From: Octopus vulgaris
Taxonomy: Eukaryota
Reading direction: 5' to 3'
Assembly: GCA_951406725.2 (NCBI GenBank)
Contig: OX597833.1
Coordinates: forward strand, 55,056,001-55,120,000
DNA: 64,000 nt
Below, piece by piece: positions 63,197 to 64,000 of this stretch; positions within the stretch are counted from its first letter, which is position 1, and each line of letters opens with the position of its first letter. A model generated the notes under the pieces. The model did no database searches. It was not told the DNA's origin and saw only the letters and a list, made by a program, of their open reading frames with translations. The position numbers were made by a program, and so were the translations under genes.

Positions 63197-63227
63197 GTTA
63201 GTATCATCATTATTATTATTATTAGTA

Positions 63228-63272
<45 letters not shown>

Positions 63273-63293
63273 GTATCATTATCATTATTAGTA

Positions 63294-63329
<36 letters not shown>

Positions 63330-63410
63330 GTAGTAGTAGTAGTAGTAGTAGTAGTAGCATTATTATTAGTATCATTATTATTATTATTATTATCATTATT
63401 ATTATTAGTT
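63128..63410. repeat. (ATT)n/(AGT)n repeat
   Basis: Directly visible. Confidence 0.96.
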
Positions 63411-64000
63411 TGTTTGTTATATTTATTTATTTATTTATTTTTGAGTTGGCACGGAGGTTGTAAATCTTAGGGCGGAAACAGCGAAATGAGATAATGTAGT
63501 ATTTATGCTTTTCCTCTAAGACACAACTAGTATAAGCGAATTTGTGTCAGCAGGAAACGGTGGAAGTGATATATTCACTTATCTCCCTTACCTATTTTTT
63601 TTTTGTTTGTTTATTTATTTCTTTCTTTGTTTGTTTTTGCTATTTCACCACCACTATGCACTTTCAATGCCAAGCAATGTTCCAAAGCTGTGTTGGTTTA
63701 TTTCCTGTCACTAAATATTCTAAAGCCGGCCAGTAGAATTTTTATTATTTACTAGCCAGGGGAAGGCGAATGCAAACCAACTCCTACAGCCCTCAACATC
63801 TCTCAGACATTCACCAATTCTAGCTAAAATTGCCCTGGAAGCTTGTTTAAGAGATGTGCATTATTGCTATCTAGTTGAAATACATTTTAGACGATATTGC
63901 TTCAAACCGCCACTAAATTTGTATTTGCAAATAAAAATCTGAAGTCAACTCAGAACTTACAAAACTTGTTACAAAAACACTACCCTCAATGCTATTATTT

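Overview
AT-rich, intron/intergenic-type eukaryotic DNA packed with microsatellites and short interspersed repeats. The tRNA-derived SINE families resemble the OK/OR-type SINEs of octopus, so this is probably a coleoid cephalopod (Octopus); that assignment is from memory, not a search. Most ORFs in the supplied track are microsatellite or SINE artefacts. Mobile content: at least 5 SINE families, two TTAA (piggyBac-type) MITE families, hAT and Tc1/mariner MITEs, two mariner transposase relics, three non-autonomous Helitron pieces and several RTE-clade LINE fragments. One LINE is a clear 5'-inverted (twin-primed) insertion; another is a tandemly duplicated 3' end encoding three C2H2 fingers. Candidate spliced exons occur on both strands at 43-60 kb, but no protein could be named. 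The most notable signal is a set of minimal type I hammerhead ribozyme motifs in unrelated contexts. One (25230-25288) sits inside a 355-bp partial-tandem element with the layout of a Penelope pseudo-LTR/non-LTR retrozyme, and that element shares a ~46-bp block with a Helitron 27 kb away. Two more lie on the minus strand (28604-28665, 18747-18813), and a degenerate family has three copies.
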